A stretch of 64,000 bases of DNA, from the NCBI GenBank assembly GCA_964358085.1, contig CAYHNU010000001.1, positions 11,220-75,219 on the forward strand. The letters are read 5' to 3'. This DNA is from an uncultured Gammaproteobacteria bacterium (GTDB lineage Bacteria; Patescibacteriota; Microgenomatia; CAZETR01; Amesbacteraceae). Both the position numbers and the translations under genes were made by a program. Shown piece by piece: positions 25,693 to 35,520 of the stretch; within the stretch, counting starts at the first letter, position 1, and each line of letters begins with the position of its first letter. Under the pieces are notes generated by a model. That model saw only the letters and a list, made by a program, of their open reading frames with translations, made no database searches and had not been told where the DNA came from.

Positions 25693-26733
25693 ATGAAAGT
25701 TTTAGTGACAGGTGGAGCGGGATTTGCAGGAAGTCATGTTTGTGAGTATTACAAAAACGCCGGAGCAAAAGTTATTGCTTATGACAGCTTAACTAAATTT
25801 GAACTGCGTCGTACTGGATATTCTACAGAAAAAGCTCGATTTCATAATGTAGACTTTCTAAAAAAGATAGGTATTGATGTTGTTAAAGAAGACATTCGGG
25901 ACCGGGAGACACTGGAGTCATACGCAAAAAAAGCTGATTTTATTATTCATACAGCCGCCCAACCAGCGATGACTATTTCTTGGGAAGATCCGGAATTGGA
26001 TTTCACCACCAACGTCGTGGGGTCATTTAATGTACTAGAAATTGCACGTAAATATAAAATACCTACAGTATCTTGTGCGACCATTCACATTTATGGCAAC
26101 AAAATCAATGATGAGGTCAAAGAAGGGAAAACTCGCTATATCAGACGCCCAACAGAGATTGATGAAAATCATAGATTAGTTGAAGGATTGTTGACCCCAT
26201 TGCATGCTTCTAAACACACCCTAGACCTTTACACTCAAACTTACATCGATACATACAAACTCCCTTTGGCGTCTTTTAGACTCACAGGTCTGTATGGATC
26301 TCGTCAATTCGGTGGTGAAGATCATGGTTGGGTGGCCAATTTCGCCATTCGTTCCGTCATGGGTTATCCATTAACTATCTTTGGTACCGGCAAACAAGTG
26401 CGAGATATTTTGCATATTTCAGATCTTACCCGAGCTTTCGACGCTTTTTACAAAAAACAAAAAGCCGGAGTGTACAATATTGGCGGGGGAACTAAAACCA
26501 CTCTCTCACTAATTGAATGTATCCATTTGATTGAAAAAATATTGGGCAAGAAATCTAAAATTAAATACCAGCCTTCGCGGATGGGGGACTTGGTATATTT
26601 TGTTTGTAACACGACCAAAGCCCAGAAAAATCTAGGCTGGTCTGCCAAAGTTACTCCGGATAAAGGTGTTAGGGAACTAGTTAATTGGGTTCAAGAAAAT
26701 AAACATCTTTTCGAGATCAAAGATGCAAAGTAG
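25693..26733 (+). CDS. NAD-dependent nucleotide-sugar epimerase/dehydratase (RfbE/CDP-tyvelose 2-epimerase-like)
   Basis: TGGAGFAGS, H-x-AAQ, YG-x-RQFG-x-ED-x-GWV, G-x-GKQVRD, YNIGGG. Confidence 0.85.
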   Translation: MKVLVTGGAGFAGSHVCEYYKNAGAKVIAYDSLTKFELRRTGYSTEKARFHNVDFLKKIGIDVVKEDIRDRETLESYAKKADFIIHTAAQPAMTISWEDPELDFTTNVVGSFNVLEIARKYKIPTVSCATIHIYGNKINDEVKEGKTRYIRRPTEIDENHRLVEGLLTPLHASKHTLDLYTQTYIDTYKLPLASFRLTGLYGSRQFGGEDHGWVANFAIRSVMGYPLTIFGTGKQVRDILHISDLTRAFDAFYKKQKAGVYNIGGGTKTTLSLIECIHLIEKILGKKSKIKYQPSRMGDLVYFVCNTTKAQKNLGWSAKVTPDKGVRELVNWVQENKHLFEIKDAK

Positions 26734-27502
26734 TGTCAAGATCGGTGTCATTCCTGCCGCTGGATCTGGTAGACGACTGGGTTATCTATCGGGACTTCTT
26801 CCTAAAACCTTATTTCCTCTATACGACCGTCCTATCATTCATTACGTTGTAGATCAAATGCAGAAGGCGGGGATTGAAGACATTTACATTATTGTTAATG
26901 TTTACAAAGAAAAAGTCATAGAGTACTTCAAGCCAGTGCAAATGGATCTGAGATCCAATATTCATTTTATCGAGCAGAAGGAGTTAAATGGTACCGGGGA
27001 GTCCATTCTTTTAGCTGAAAAATATGTAAAAAAGGAACCTTTCATGGTCATATACGGTGACGATTGTACTATTACTGAGTCACTGGAGCCCATGATCAAT
27101 AATTTTTTAAAGACTAACGCTTCAGTAATGGAGGGTGTGGTCAAAGAGACGGATTTAGACATACTTCGACATACATGCTCTGTAAAAATGGCTAAAAATG
27201 GCAAAATGATCGAGATTATTGAAAAACCCGAATTCCCCCCTTACATGCTTAGGGGCTGTGGGGTTTACTTATTTAGACCCGATATTTTTTCTCAAATCAG
27301 ACAAACTCCAATTCATCCAATTCGTAAAGAAAGAGAAATTACATACACTATCAATAACCTTGCAAAACAAAATAAGGCATATGGGTTTCTAATAAATGGT
27401 TACAACATTAACATTAATGATTACGATGAATTACTTAAAGCCAGTCAGCTTCTAAAGGATAGTAAAAAGAATTCAAAAAAGGTTATTGAAGTTCTCTTCT
27501 AG
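26723..27502 (+). CDS. Sugar-1-phosphate nucleotidyltransferase (RmlA/GalU-like)
   Basis: IPAAGSGRRL...LPK, Q-x-x-x-x-GT, YGDD, EKP, E-x-EIT. Confidence 0.85.
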   Translation: MQSSVKIGVIPAAGSGRRLGYLSGLLPKTLFPLYDRPIIHYVVDQMQKAGIEDIYIIVNVYKEKVIEYFKPVQMDLRSNIHFIEQKELNGTGESILLAEKYVKKEPFMVIYGDDCTITESLEPMINNFLKTNASVMEGVVKETDLDILRHTCSVKMAKNGKMIEIIEKPEFPPYMLRGCGVYLFRPDIFSQIRQTPIHPIRKEREITYTINNLAKQNKAYGFLINGYNININDYDELLKASQLLKDSKKNSKKVIEVLF

Positions 27503-27503
27503 A

Positions 27504-28346
27504 TTATCTTGGTCTCGAAAGATAAACCAATGGAGTATACAAGCCCCGAGACGCCAACCATTTTAGAAAACCACCCATCTTCAAGGTGCGAATAATCTTA
27601 GAAATAAATTGAATGTAAATACTACGACCGTAAATCTCGTTTGATGTCAACTGACGCGACCACTCTGGCAGACCTAAGTTTTCAAATTCAAATCCTTGTT
27701 TCCTTAAAGCTAACTCAACCGATTTATGTGTTACAAATCTTAGCTCGTCAAAAAACTTCTTATTAGTTCTTCCGGCAAGTTGGCAACACCACCATTTCCA
27801 TATGTCTGGACCGGGAGGGAAAAAGATATAAAAATGTGGTTCATAAGGAATATTATAATTCGGTGTTTCAATAAATAATCTTCCCTCTTTTTTGATTACT
27901 TTTCGCAACTTTCTTAAATAATCATTTAGGTCAGCGACATGCTCAACTGTTTCGAAAGAGGAAATAAAATCGAATTTCCCCTTTAATCTAAAGGCATCAG
28001 GAGTAGATTGAATTCTGGAGGGAGAAATATTATTTGCTCTCAGCATTTCTTTTGCAATATTTCGGGCAACGGGATCAATTTCGTATCCGTAATAATTATA
28101 TCCGGCCAAATTGGCTGCAGCCACAAGTGTGCCTATACCGCAACCGGCGTCCAAACAAATATTATTCTGTCTCACTCCAATCACTTTCAATCTTTTTATT
28201 TGTACAATTGCACTTTCCAATCTGTGTTTAGCAAAATCTGACATTGCGTACGATTTGGGAATAACTCCGCTATAAGTGGCTTCATAGTATTTGACAATTT
28301 TTTCCCACAGATACTGGGAAATTTTTACTTTATTAATTTTTAACAT
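27504..28346 (-). CDS. Class I SAM-dependent methyltransferase
   Basis: LDAGCGIG, FDFI-x-x-FETVEHV, ETPN, YEPH. Confidence 0.85.
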   Translation of the reverse strand: MLKINKVKISQYLWEKIVKYYEATYSGVIPKSYAMSDFAKHRLESAIVQIKRLKVIGVRQNNICLDAGCGIGTLVAAANLAGYNYYGYEIDPVARNIAKEMLRANNISPSRIQSTPDAFRLKGKFDFISSFETVEHVADLNDYLRKLRKVIKKEGRLFIETPNYNIPYEPHFYIFFPPGPDIWKWWCCQLAGRTNKKFFDELRFVTHKSVELALRKQGFEFENLGLPEWSRQLTSNEIYGRSIYIQFISKIIRTLKMGGFLKWLASRGLYTPLVYLSRPR

Positions 28347-30093
28347 TTTTTAATTTTCTTAATAGTTCTCTTTTTTCATCAGTTACGTCTATTAAATTTC
28401 TACTTTGAAGTCTGTACACGTAGATGTTTTCTAATTTTACCGGAAAGTAGGGGCCTGGCATAAATCTCTTTAATGATTGTCCGTCCAAATACGCCGACTC
28501 CACCTCTAGCCAAATATTAGTAGCAGCGATATTGTACCAAGGAGCGAAATCAAATTGGAAGGATGCAATCACTGGAAACCCAAAAATAAAGGCATGTTGT
28601 AAAATTTCGGGATCATCTCCCTCAAAATAAAATACTAAAGGCTCTTTGGGGTTGCCAAAGTTCTTAGCCCGTTTGATTGAACCTCTTAATCGATCTGTAA
28701 GTTCAATTCCCCTAACTTCTGACAAGTGATATAGGTATCTATAGCTGGTTTTGGCGTGCAGGCTAAACAACAGTCCAAACATCATAATCAAAACTAACTT
28801 TCTTTTTAAATCTGTTTTAGTGGCCAGTGGTACAGCCATAAGCCAGGCAAGCCCGGCTCCTGAAACGATCAAATATCTACCGGTTATTTCATACAAAAAG
28901 CCAGGGTTGCGCAGCCAAGGCGCAATGAAGCCACCAATCATCATAAAAACGGACAGCACCAATATCAATCGCAAATTATTTTGCCCTTTTAGTTGGATCC
29001 ACCATAAAATTACCCAGATTAAGAAATATCCACCAATTAAATAGGTAAATAGTTCAAATGGTTCTACGGGTGAGGAAGTTTTTGCTATAAATTCTTGCCA
29101 CACATATGCAGTCCAGCCGCCACCCACGAGGAGTCCACTAACTAGTTCGATCCTTTTTGACTTAAAGAAAACCAGCCAGATTGCAAAGCCGGCAAAGACG
29201 GGAATAACCGCTCTTCTAAAAGTTCTAGGCAGTCCCCAATGCTCAAGCCTCTGGTACATAAAATCATTGGGTAAAATAATCTTGCCAAGTTGGCTTATGG
29301 GAGAAAGAAAGATTTTATAATTTTTTTCTTGGTAATGTTTGATGACTAAGCCGTAGTTTTTGATAAGAGCGGCCGTGCCGCGAGCACCGACTGCCCCCCC
29401 AATACTGGTATATTTTAGAATCGATGTAGTAAGAAGAATATATAATCCAATTCGAAAAACCGTTAGAACTGTTTTCTTCCAGTTGAAATTTGTTATCAGC
29501 CAGTATATTTCCAAACCAATCATCAGGGCTGGCAAAAACAGCATGCGGATAGGCTGGGAAATGATGGCAATTACAAATAGTAATGCCAAAATTGTCCATA
29601 TCCAAAGATTATTTTTAGAGCGGGTTATAGTAAAAACACCTAACAAGGTATTCATAACCGCAATGGCCGCGTAGGACGGCATGTTAAATGACCAGTCGGT
29701 TGTTTCCAGACCTGTCACTGTTATAGAAAAAAACGCTGCCGATCCCAGACTAGCCCATTTGTTTCTAGTCAATTTATATACTGGCCATAAAAAAGACAAC
29801 GATGCCGTAAGCCTTAATAAAAAAGAAAAAATATAATAAACCTTATGATTAAATCCAAAATAGTGGTGAATAGTAGCAGTCAACGTATCCATTGGTCCAT
29901 AGTCGCTAAAGAAAAATGACAAGTTGTTCAGTTTTTCACCCCCCCATCCATTTGTATAAAAATCGTATCTCCACAGGCCTAAATAGTCATCGCCAGTCAA
30001 AGCTAAATTAAAGCTAGGTAGTAGGGTGACAAAATATATGCCAAATAATAAGAAAATCCCCACGACCCAAAATTTATGCGTTTTCATAAACAT
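28333..30093 (-). CDS. GT-C-like multi-pass membrane protein
   Basis: N-terminal TM then GDDY acidic loop, about 12 TM helices, RYL motif, soluble C-terminal domain; start could be 30099, 30096, 30093 or 30087. Confidence 0.65.
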   Translation of the reverse strand: MFMKTHKFWVVGIFLLFGIYFVTLLPSFNLALTGDDYLGLWRYDFYTNGWGGEKLNNLSFFFSDYGPMDTLTATIHHYFGFNHKVYYIFSFLLRLTASLSFLWPVYKLTRNKWASLGSAAFFSITVTGLETTDWSFNMPSYAAIAVMNTLLGVFTITRSKNNLWIWTILALLFVIAIISQPIRMLFLPALMIGLEIYWLITNFNWKKTVLTVFRIGLYILLTTSILKYTSIGGAVGARGTAALIKNYGLVIKHYQEKNYKIFLSPISQLGKIILPNDFMYQRLEHWGLPRTFRRAVIPVFAGFAIWLVFFKSKRIELVSGLLVGGGWTAYVWQEFIAKTSSPVEPFELFTYLIGGYFLIWVILWWIQLKGQNNLRLILVLSVFMMIGGFIAPWLRNPGFLYEITGRYLIVSGAGLAWLMAVPLATKTDLKRKLVLIMMFGLLFSLHAKTSYRYLYHLSEVRGIELTDRLRGSIKRAKNFGNPKEPLVFYFEGDDPEILQHAFIFGFPVIASFQFDFAPWYNIAATNIWLEVESAYLDGQSLKRFMPGPYFPVKLENIYVYRLQSRNLIDVTDEKRELLRKLKNVKN

Positions 30094-30097
30094 CATC

Positions 30098-30110
30098 ATT
30101 ATAATATAAT
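30098..30110. promoter_or_regulatory. Interlocked divergent -10 boxes
   Basis: ATTATAATATAAT: + TATAAT (30105-30110)-N6-ATG 30117; - TATTAT (30106-30101)-N7-ATG 30093, also - TATAAT (30103-30098). Confidence 0.65.
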
Positions 30111-30116
30111 CCCCTC

Positions 30117-30950
30117 ATGGTCAAATCACTGGTATCAATCATTATTCCGACATATAACGAGGAAAAAGTTATTGATCGTTTGCTTGTGTCTATCAATAAT
30201 CAGTCTTATCCCAGAATTGAGAGTCTAGTTATAGACGATAGTTCTACGGACGGGACTCTCAAAATAGCTTCTCAAATAGCCACGGTTGTCATCAAGAGAA
30301 AACATGCCGAGAGGAGTATTCAAAGAAACTACGGAGCCTCGATATCTCACGGAGAATATTTGCTCTTTTTGGACGCTGATATGCAACTTGCCCCCGATGT
30401 TGTTTCAGAGTGTATTCAAAGAATACAAAGTGATGCAAGTATTGGGGCAATAGCTATCCCTGAACAGCCAATCGCCAGTAATTTTCTAGAAAAAGTCAAA
30501 GCCTTCGAGAGGTCTTTTTATAGTGAAAAAGGAGATCCAGATACAGATGCCGCTAGGTTTTTCCCAAGGAAACTATTTCAAAAGGCGGGTGGATATGACG
30601 AGACGATTACCGGTCCTGAAGACTGGGACTTGCCAGAAACTATCGTCAAGATGGGCTACAAAATAGGCCGAATTTCCACTCGCATAAGGCATTACGAAAG
30701 GATTCCGTCGCTTTTAAGTCTTATTAAAAAAAAGTATTACTACGGTCTTTCATCACACCGATATTTTAAAAAACACAACCTTTCAATAGTTGGTCCCAAG
30801 ACCATCTATTTTTTACGCCCCGTATTTTACAAAAACTGGCGGCAGTTAGTCCGTAATCCGATTCTTACAGTCGGTATGCTCGTGGTACTCGCATTAGAAC
30901 AATTATTTGGGGGATTAGGATATTTAGTTGGAAAAATTAAGCGGGTATGA
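30117..30950 (+). CDS. GT2 glycosyltransferase
   Basis: SIIIPTYNEE, ERS-x-QRN-x-GA, FLDADM, GGYDE, EDWDL. Confidence 0.9.
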   Translation: MVKSLVSIIIPTYNEEKVIDRLLVSINNQSYPRIESLVIDDSSTDGTLKIASQIATVVIKRKHAERSIQRNYGASISHGEYLLFLDADMQLAPDVVSECIQRIQSDASIGAIAIPEQPIASNFLEKVKAFERSFYSEKGDPDTDAARFFPRKLFQKAGGYDETITGPEDWDLPETIVKMGYKIGRISTRIRHYERIPSLLSLIKKKYYYGLSSHRYFKKHNLSIVGPKTIYFLRPVFYKNWRQLVRNPILTVGMLVVLALEQLFGGLGYLVGKIKRV

Positions 30951-32050
30951 AAATTCTTCAGCTTACATCTCATTACTATCCAAATCTGGGAGGGGTAGAG
31001 ACTCATCTTCAAGACTTGGTCAAAGAATTAACAAAAAAGAAACATCAAGTATTCGTTCTGACTTATCGGCCATTATCTACTAATTCTTCATGGTCAATTT
31101 GGGAGAACTCCTCGTTCTTAAAAGTTTTTCGTATTCCATGGTTTCCCGGGCTATTTAATAAATTGTCCACCTATTCAGCTTTAGAATTTTTGTACTTGGT
31201 ACCCGGGTTGTTTATTATTCTCCCATTTATATTAATTTTTTTTAAACCCCGGGTAATTCACTCTCATGGGCTGGTTGCCGGATTTGTAGGAGCCTTTTGG
31301 GGAAAATTATTTGGCATCCATACGGTGATTTCTACCCACTCCATTTATCATTTTCCAAAGTCTGGGCTATACCGTGCCGTGTCTAAACATATCTTCTTGA
31401 TGACGAACCAAACTTTGTGTTTGTCCAACCAATCGGTATCTGAAATAGTAAGCTTGGGTATACCAGCTAACCATGTTCATAGATTTACTTACTGGGTCGA
31501 TTTAGACAAGTTCAAGCCAATGTCCAAATCCATCGCAAAGAAAAAATTGAAATGGAAAAGCAAATTCTGCGTATTGTTTGTGGGTAGGTTGGTAAAAGAG
31601 AAAGGAATCATGATATTAGACGAAGCGGCCAGTGCTCTGAAAAAACACGACATTTTAGTTTATGTGGCTGGAAGTGGACCAGAGTTTAGAAACATAAAAA
31701 ATTGCATTCTTCTGGGGTCAGTTTCGCAAGAAAAGTTACCGATATATTACAATGCAGCCGATTTATTAATAGTTCCCTCTATTCATGAGGAAGGATTTGG
31801 TCGGGTCATTCTCGAGTCATTGGCCTGTGGTACTCCAGTCGTAGCAGCCAATCGGGGAGCCATACCCGAAGCCATGGATAATACAGTGGGAAAATTGATT
31901 GATATCACGCCAAAAAATATCGCCAAAACTATTAACGATCTTTATCAACATACCCAATTGCTTGCTAAGTTGGCGAAAAAGTCCCATTCTTTTGCTACTC
32001 GATTTTATTCTCCTGCCAATATTATTGAAATAACCTCTTCATATGAATAA
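30947..32050 (+). CDS. GT4 glycosyltransferase
   Basis: YPNLGGVE, VGRL-x-x-EKG, EGFGRVILESLACGTP. Confidence 0.9.
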   Translation: MKILQLTSHYYPNLGGVETHLQDLVKELTKKKHQVFVLTYRPLSTNSSWSIWENSSFLKVFRIPWFPGLFNKLSTYSALEFLYLVPGLFIILPFILIFFKPRVIHSHGLVAGFVGAFWGKLFGIHTVISTHSIYHFPKSGLYRAVSKHIFLMTNQTLCLSNQSVSEIVSLGIPANHVHRFTYWVDLDKFKPMSKSIAKKKLKWKSKFCVLFVGRLVKEKGIMILDEAASALKKHDILVYVAGSGPEFRNIKNCILLGSVSQEKLPIYYNAADLLIVPSIHEEGFGRVILESLACGTPVVAANRGAIPEAMDNTVGKLIDITPKNIAKTINDLYQHTQLLAKLAKKSHSFATRFYSPANIIEITSSYE

Positions 32051-33017
32051 ATATCCCAAGGTCAGTATAATTATTCCTCTGTATGTAATTTCAGATAGAT
32101 TTTTTGAGGACCTTATCAAATTTAACAATCTCGATTATCCTAACTTTGAAATATTGATAGTCTGCGATCAAAAAGTTGCCCTGCCTCGATTCAAGAAGAT
32201 CAAGGCCAGACTTATACTTACCGGTCAATCTAATACTGGTCCTGCCGAAAAAAGGGATATTGCCTTAAAGTATGCCAAAGGTGAATTTTGTGCTTTTATT
32301 GACGATGATGCGTATCCCCATCCCTTGTGGCTAAAAAACGCCGTCCCCAATTTTTTAGACACCTCCATAGTTGCCGTGGGAGGACCTGGAGTAACTCCTC
32401 CAGAGGATACTTATTGGGGACAGATGACCGGTTTGGTCTATGGGTCATTTTTTTGCAGTGGTTTTGCCCAGTATCGGTTTGTAAAAGGAAAAAGACAATA
32501 CGTCAGAGACTACCCCGCCTATAACCTTTTAATCAGGAAAACTGCACTTCTCAAAGTTGGCGGATACGGAAATCATTTTTATGGCGGAGAAGATACTTTT
32601 TTGTGTTTGAAACTGGTTAAGAAGGGGTTCAAGATCTTTTATGATCCTAATGTTTTGATCTTTCACCATCGCAGGCCCTTATTTGTCAGTTACTTAAAAC
32701 AAATAGCCAATGTGGGTAGACATAGGGGATATTTTGCCCGCGTTTTTCCCCAGACCTCCTTCACTTGGGAATACTTTATTCCTTCAATTCTAGCTATAAG
32801 CCTAATCGCTTTAATAGTGCTATCTCCATTTCAAACTTGGGCGCAACTTCTCTTGTTTACCTTACTTCCGTTCTTTTATTTACTTGCTATATTGTCTGTA
32901 ATTAATAAAACAAACATACTAGATGCTCTAATTGTCTCCACAGGCATAATTCTTACCCACATGGTCTATGGATTGAATTTTATTCAAGGCTACCTTACCA
33001 AACAGTTACTGCGATAG
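32043..33017 (+). CDS. GT2 glycosyltransferase with C-terminal TM helices
   Basis: GPAEKRD, AFIDDDA, GED, HHRR. Confidence 0.9.
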   Translation: MNKYPKVSIIIPLYVISDRFFEDLIKFNNLDYPNFEILIVCDQKVALPRFKKIKARLILTGQSNTGPAEKRDIALKYAKGEFCAFIDDDAYPHPLWLKNAVPNFLDTSIVAVGGPGVTPPEDTYWGQMTGLVYGSFFCSGFAQYRFVKGKRQYVRDYPAYNLLIRKTALLKVGGYGNHFYGGEDTFLCLKLVKKGFKIFYDPNVLIFHHRRPLFVSYLKQIANVGRHRGYFARVFPQTSFTWEYFIPSILAISLIALIVLSPFQTWAQLLLFTLLPFFYLLAILSVINKTNILDALIVSTGIILTHMVYGLNFIQGYLTKQLLR

Positions 33018-34040
33018 GCCTAAGACCTTCTTGATAATCTCTCGTCCCTTACTTCTACTTATAAATCCCCATAACAAAACGTCAGTTATAACCAAAGATA
33101 CTACTGGTCTCCACATAAAAGCCCAGTCGGATTTGACAAATGATTCCCACAATCCTCTCACTAGTTCCGGAAAAAATAAATTTGCATAGACAATCCAGTA
33201 AATAATCTTATCCAGGTCCTTCGGACTGTTAATATCAAACCAAGCATATTTTTTGTCGGTTGTAGAGAAATAATTACCATCCAAGTTTCTTAATCTTTTC
33301 TTGATTAAGTTCCTAAGGCTGGTTACATGATAATGTCTTAATTTTGCTTTCGGCACGTAAGCAAAATTGTGCCAACCGGCTGCTACCACTACCTCCAAAG
33401 CATCAAGATCATAAAAACCCGCTATTTTATCCACCTCTGTTTTCAATAGTTCCTTTTTCTTGTACATAATTCTTCCGCAGGGGGGAATCTTGCCCGGTTC
33501 GAACCAACATAGCTGATAGTTATCAAACTCAGCCACTACAGTATTGGCAATATCATTGGAAAAGAAACGATAAATTGGATCCCTCTGTAATGGGTCATGA
33601 GAAATAAATCGTAAAAGCGAATTGTCTATCTTTGGCAGGCAATCCAAGGCAAACTCTTTGGTAAAACTACCAACTATTTCCTGATCCTTAAGCATTGGCT
33701 CAATCATTAATTGAAAAAAGTTATCTACACATATTTCCATATCCGCGTCCATAAAATAAACAAATTCTCCTCTCGCCATTCTTAATCCAAGCCCTTTATT
33801 AAATTCGGTCCAATACGAGACTGGATGTTGATGTTTACTACGATCGATGTCTATAATTTCTGCTCCGAATTTCCGAGCTAACCCATTGGATCCATCCGTC
33901 GATCCATCGTCCATCAACAAATACTCGATCCTTTCCCTTGGATAAGTCTGTTTAGCTAGGGATGTAAACAATCTCTGCAGATTCTGTTCCTCGTTCAAGA
34001 CTGGTATAATTATCGACAATAAAGGCTTAATAGAACTCAT
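33006..34040 (-). CDS. GT2 glycosyltransferase
   Basis: SIIIPVLNEE, DDGSTD, MDAD; similar to the 18190 gene. Confidence 0.85.
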   Translation of the reverse strand: MSSIKPLLSIIIPVLNEEQNLQRLFTSLAKQTYPRERIEYLLMDDGSTDGSNGLARKFGAEIIDIDRSKHQHPVSYWTEFNKGLGLRMARGEFVYFMDADMEICVDNFFQLMIEPMLKDQEIVGSFTKEFALDCLPKIDNSLLRFISHDPLQRDPIYRFFSNDIANTVVAEFDNYQLCWFEPGKIPPCGRIMYKKKELLKTEVDKIAGFYDLDALEVVVAAGWHNFAYVPKAKLRHYHVTSLRNLIKKRLRNLDGNYFSTTDKKYAWFDINSPKDLDKIIYWIVYANLFFPELVRGLWESFVKSDWAFMWRPVVSLVITDVLLWGFISRSKGREIIKKVLGLSQ

Positions 34041-34078
34041 GTTGTTAATTTATACTCGTATCAATTATATCCTACAAT

Positions 34079-34759
34079 ATGGATAAGAAGGATTTTTTAG
34101 GGATTACCTCCGTACCTATTGATGAATATCTAAAGCATGACTACTATCAAAAAATAATCGAATATATACGGGGAAAAAAGCTTCTGGATGTGGGCTGTAT
34201 CGATGACGGTCAAGACGATGTAAACAAGGTTAGACTTTGGAATCATTGGCTATTGTTTAAGGTAAGCAAAAGTATAACTGGCATTGACGTGCGGGTTGGT
34301 CCCATCAAGCAATTGAAGCAAATAGGGTTTAATGTTGTCAGGATGGATGCTCAAAATATGAGGTTCAAAGACAAATTTGAAGTGATTTTTGCGGGCGAAT
34401 TGATCGAGCACCTACCCAACCCAGGGCTATTCCTGCGCAGTGCAGCCAACTTGCTAGACAAGAATGGGTTGATAATATTATCTACACCCAACCCCTTTTC
34501 CCTAAACAGAATAGTGAGAGTATTCCAATCTCTGACCAATGAGCCCGCCGTAAATCCTGATCATACTATGTACTTATCACCCCAAAACATTCGGACTTTG
34601 GCAAAAAAATGCGATTTGGCCGTAATAAGAATTGATTACGCCCACTTTCCATTTACGCGCAACAATCTATTAATTATTTTAAACAAAATCGGCTGCAAAC
34701 TTATTGGCGACAGGTTCAAAGAACAAATGTTAGTTTTTATCCAAAAAAGTTATAGATGA
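34079..34759 (+). CDS. Class I SAM-dependent methyltransferase
   Basis: LDVGC, F-x-VIFAGELIEHL-x-NPG, LSTPN. Confidence 0.85.
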   Translation: MDKKDFLGITSVPIDEYLKHDYYQKIIEYIRGKKLLDVGCIDDGQDDVNKVRLWNHWLLFKVSKSITGIDVRVGPIKQLKQIGFNVVRMDAQNMRFKDKFEVIFAGELIEHLPNPGLFLRSAANLLDKNGLIILSTPNPFSLNRIVRVFQSLTNEPAVNPDHTMYLSPQNIRTLAKKCDLAVIRIDYAHFPFTRNNLLIILNKIGCKLIGDRFKEQMLVFIQKSYR

Positions 34760-35520
34760 ACCCGTTTACAAAGACTCCGTTTTATCACTATTTTTTAGCT
34801 TTTGACTTAATTTCTAATCCAACAGCTAAAGTGTTAGACTTCGGCTGCGGCAGCGGCCAGTTCCTAGGAAAGTTACACGCGAAGGTCAAAAATGTATACG
34901 GTTACGACGTGGACCCGGAAAAAATTAACTTAGCACAACATCTCCATCCCCATGTCAAATTTAAATTAGGTAGAGTTGGTGCGCCTTTACCATATCCAGA
35001 TGCAACATTTGATGTTGTCAACATGTTTCATATCTTAGAACATGTATCCTCGGAAACAATGGCCATATTAGAAACCCATAGGCTGCTTAAAAAAAATGGC
35101 CTTCTTTTTCTAGCTTCACCTTATCAGGGACTTTTTTCTTGGGCAGATGCGGCGAACCTTCGATACCGCTTTCCCAACCTTCACAAATGGTTTTTTATTA
35201 CTTTTTTGGGAAAATATGAATATGAAAGACGATTTGTTAGTCGTCGTTCAATTGGAATGTATGGCGACTGTACAGATAATCGAAACTGGCACAAGCACTA
35301 CACCGAAGGAGAATTGCGCCAACTACTTGGAAATAAATTTACCATTACTGAAGTTCATAAGTTTTCGCTCTTTTATCCATTCCTGCTTATTCCCTACAAC
35401 TTAATCAACTATTTTTTTAAACCCAAATTCAACTCCATTCTTTGGCTGATTCACTTGGACAACTTAATTAATGCCGGAGGATGGTCTTACAATTTCCTAA
35501 TTGTAGCCAGAAAAAAATGA
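34756..35520 (+). CDS. Class I SAM-dependent methyltransferase
   Basis: VLDFGCGSG, LPYPDATFD, LEHV. Confidence 0.85.
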   Translation: MNPFTKTPFYHYFLAFDLISNPTAKVLDFGCGSGQFLGKLHAKVKNVYGYDVDPEKINLAQHLHPHVKFKLGRVGAPLPYPDATFDVVNMFHILEHVSSETMAILETHRLLKKNGLLFLASPYQGLFSWADAANLRYRFPNLHKWFFITFLGKYEYERRFVSRRSIGMYGDCTDNRNWHKHYTEGELRQLLGNKFTITEVHKFSLFYPFLLIPYNLINYFFKPKFNSILWLIHLDNLINAGGWSYNFLIVARKK

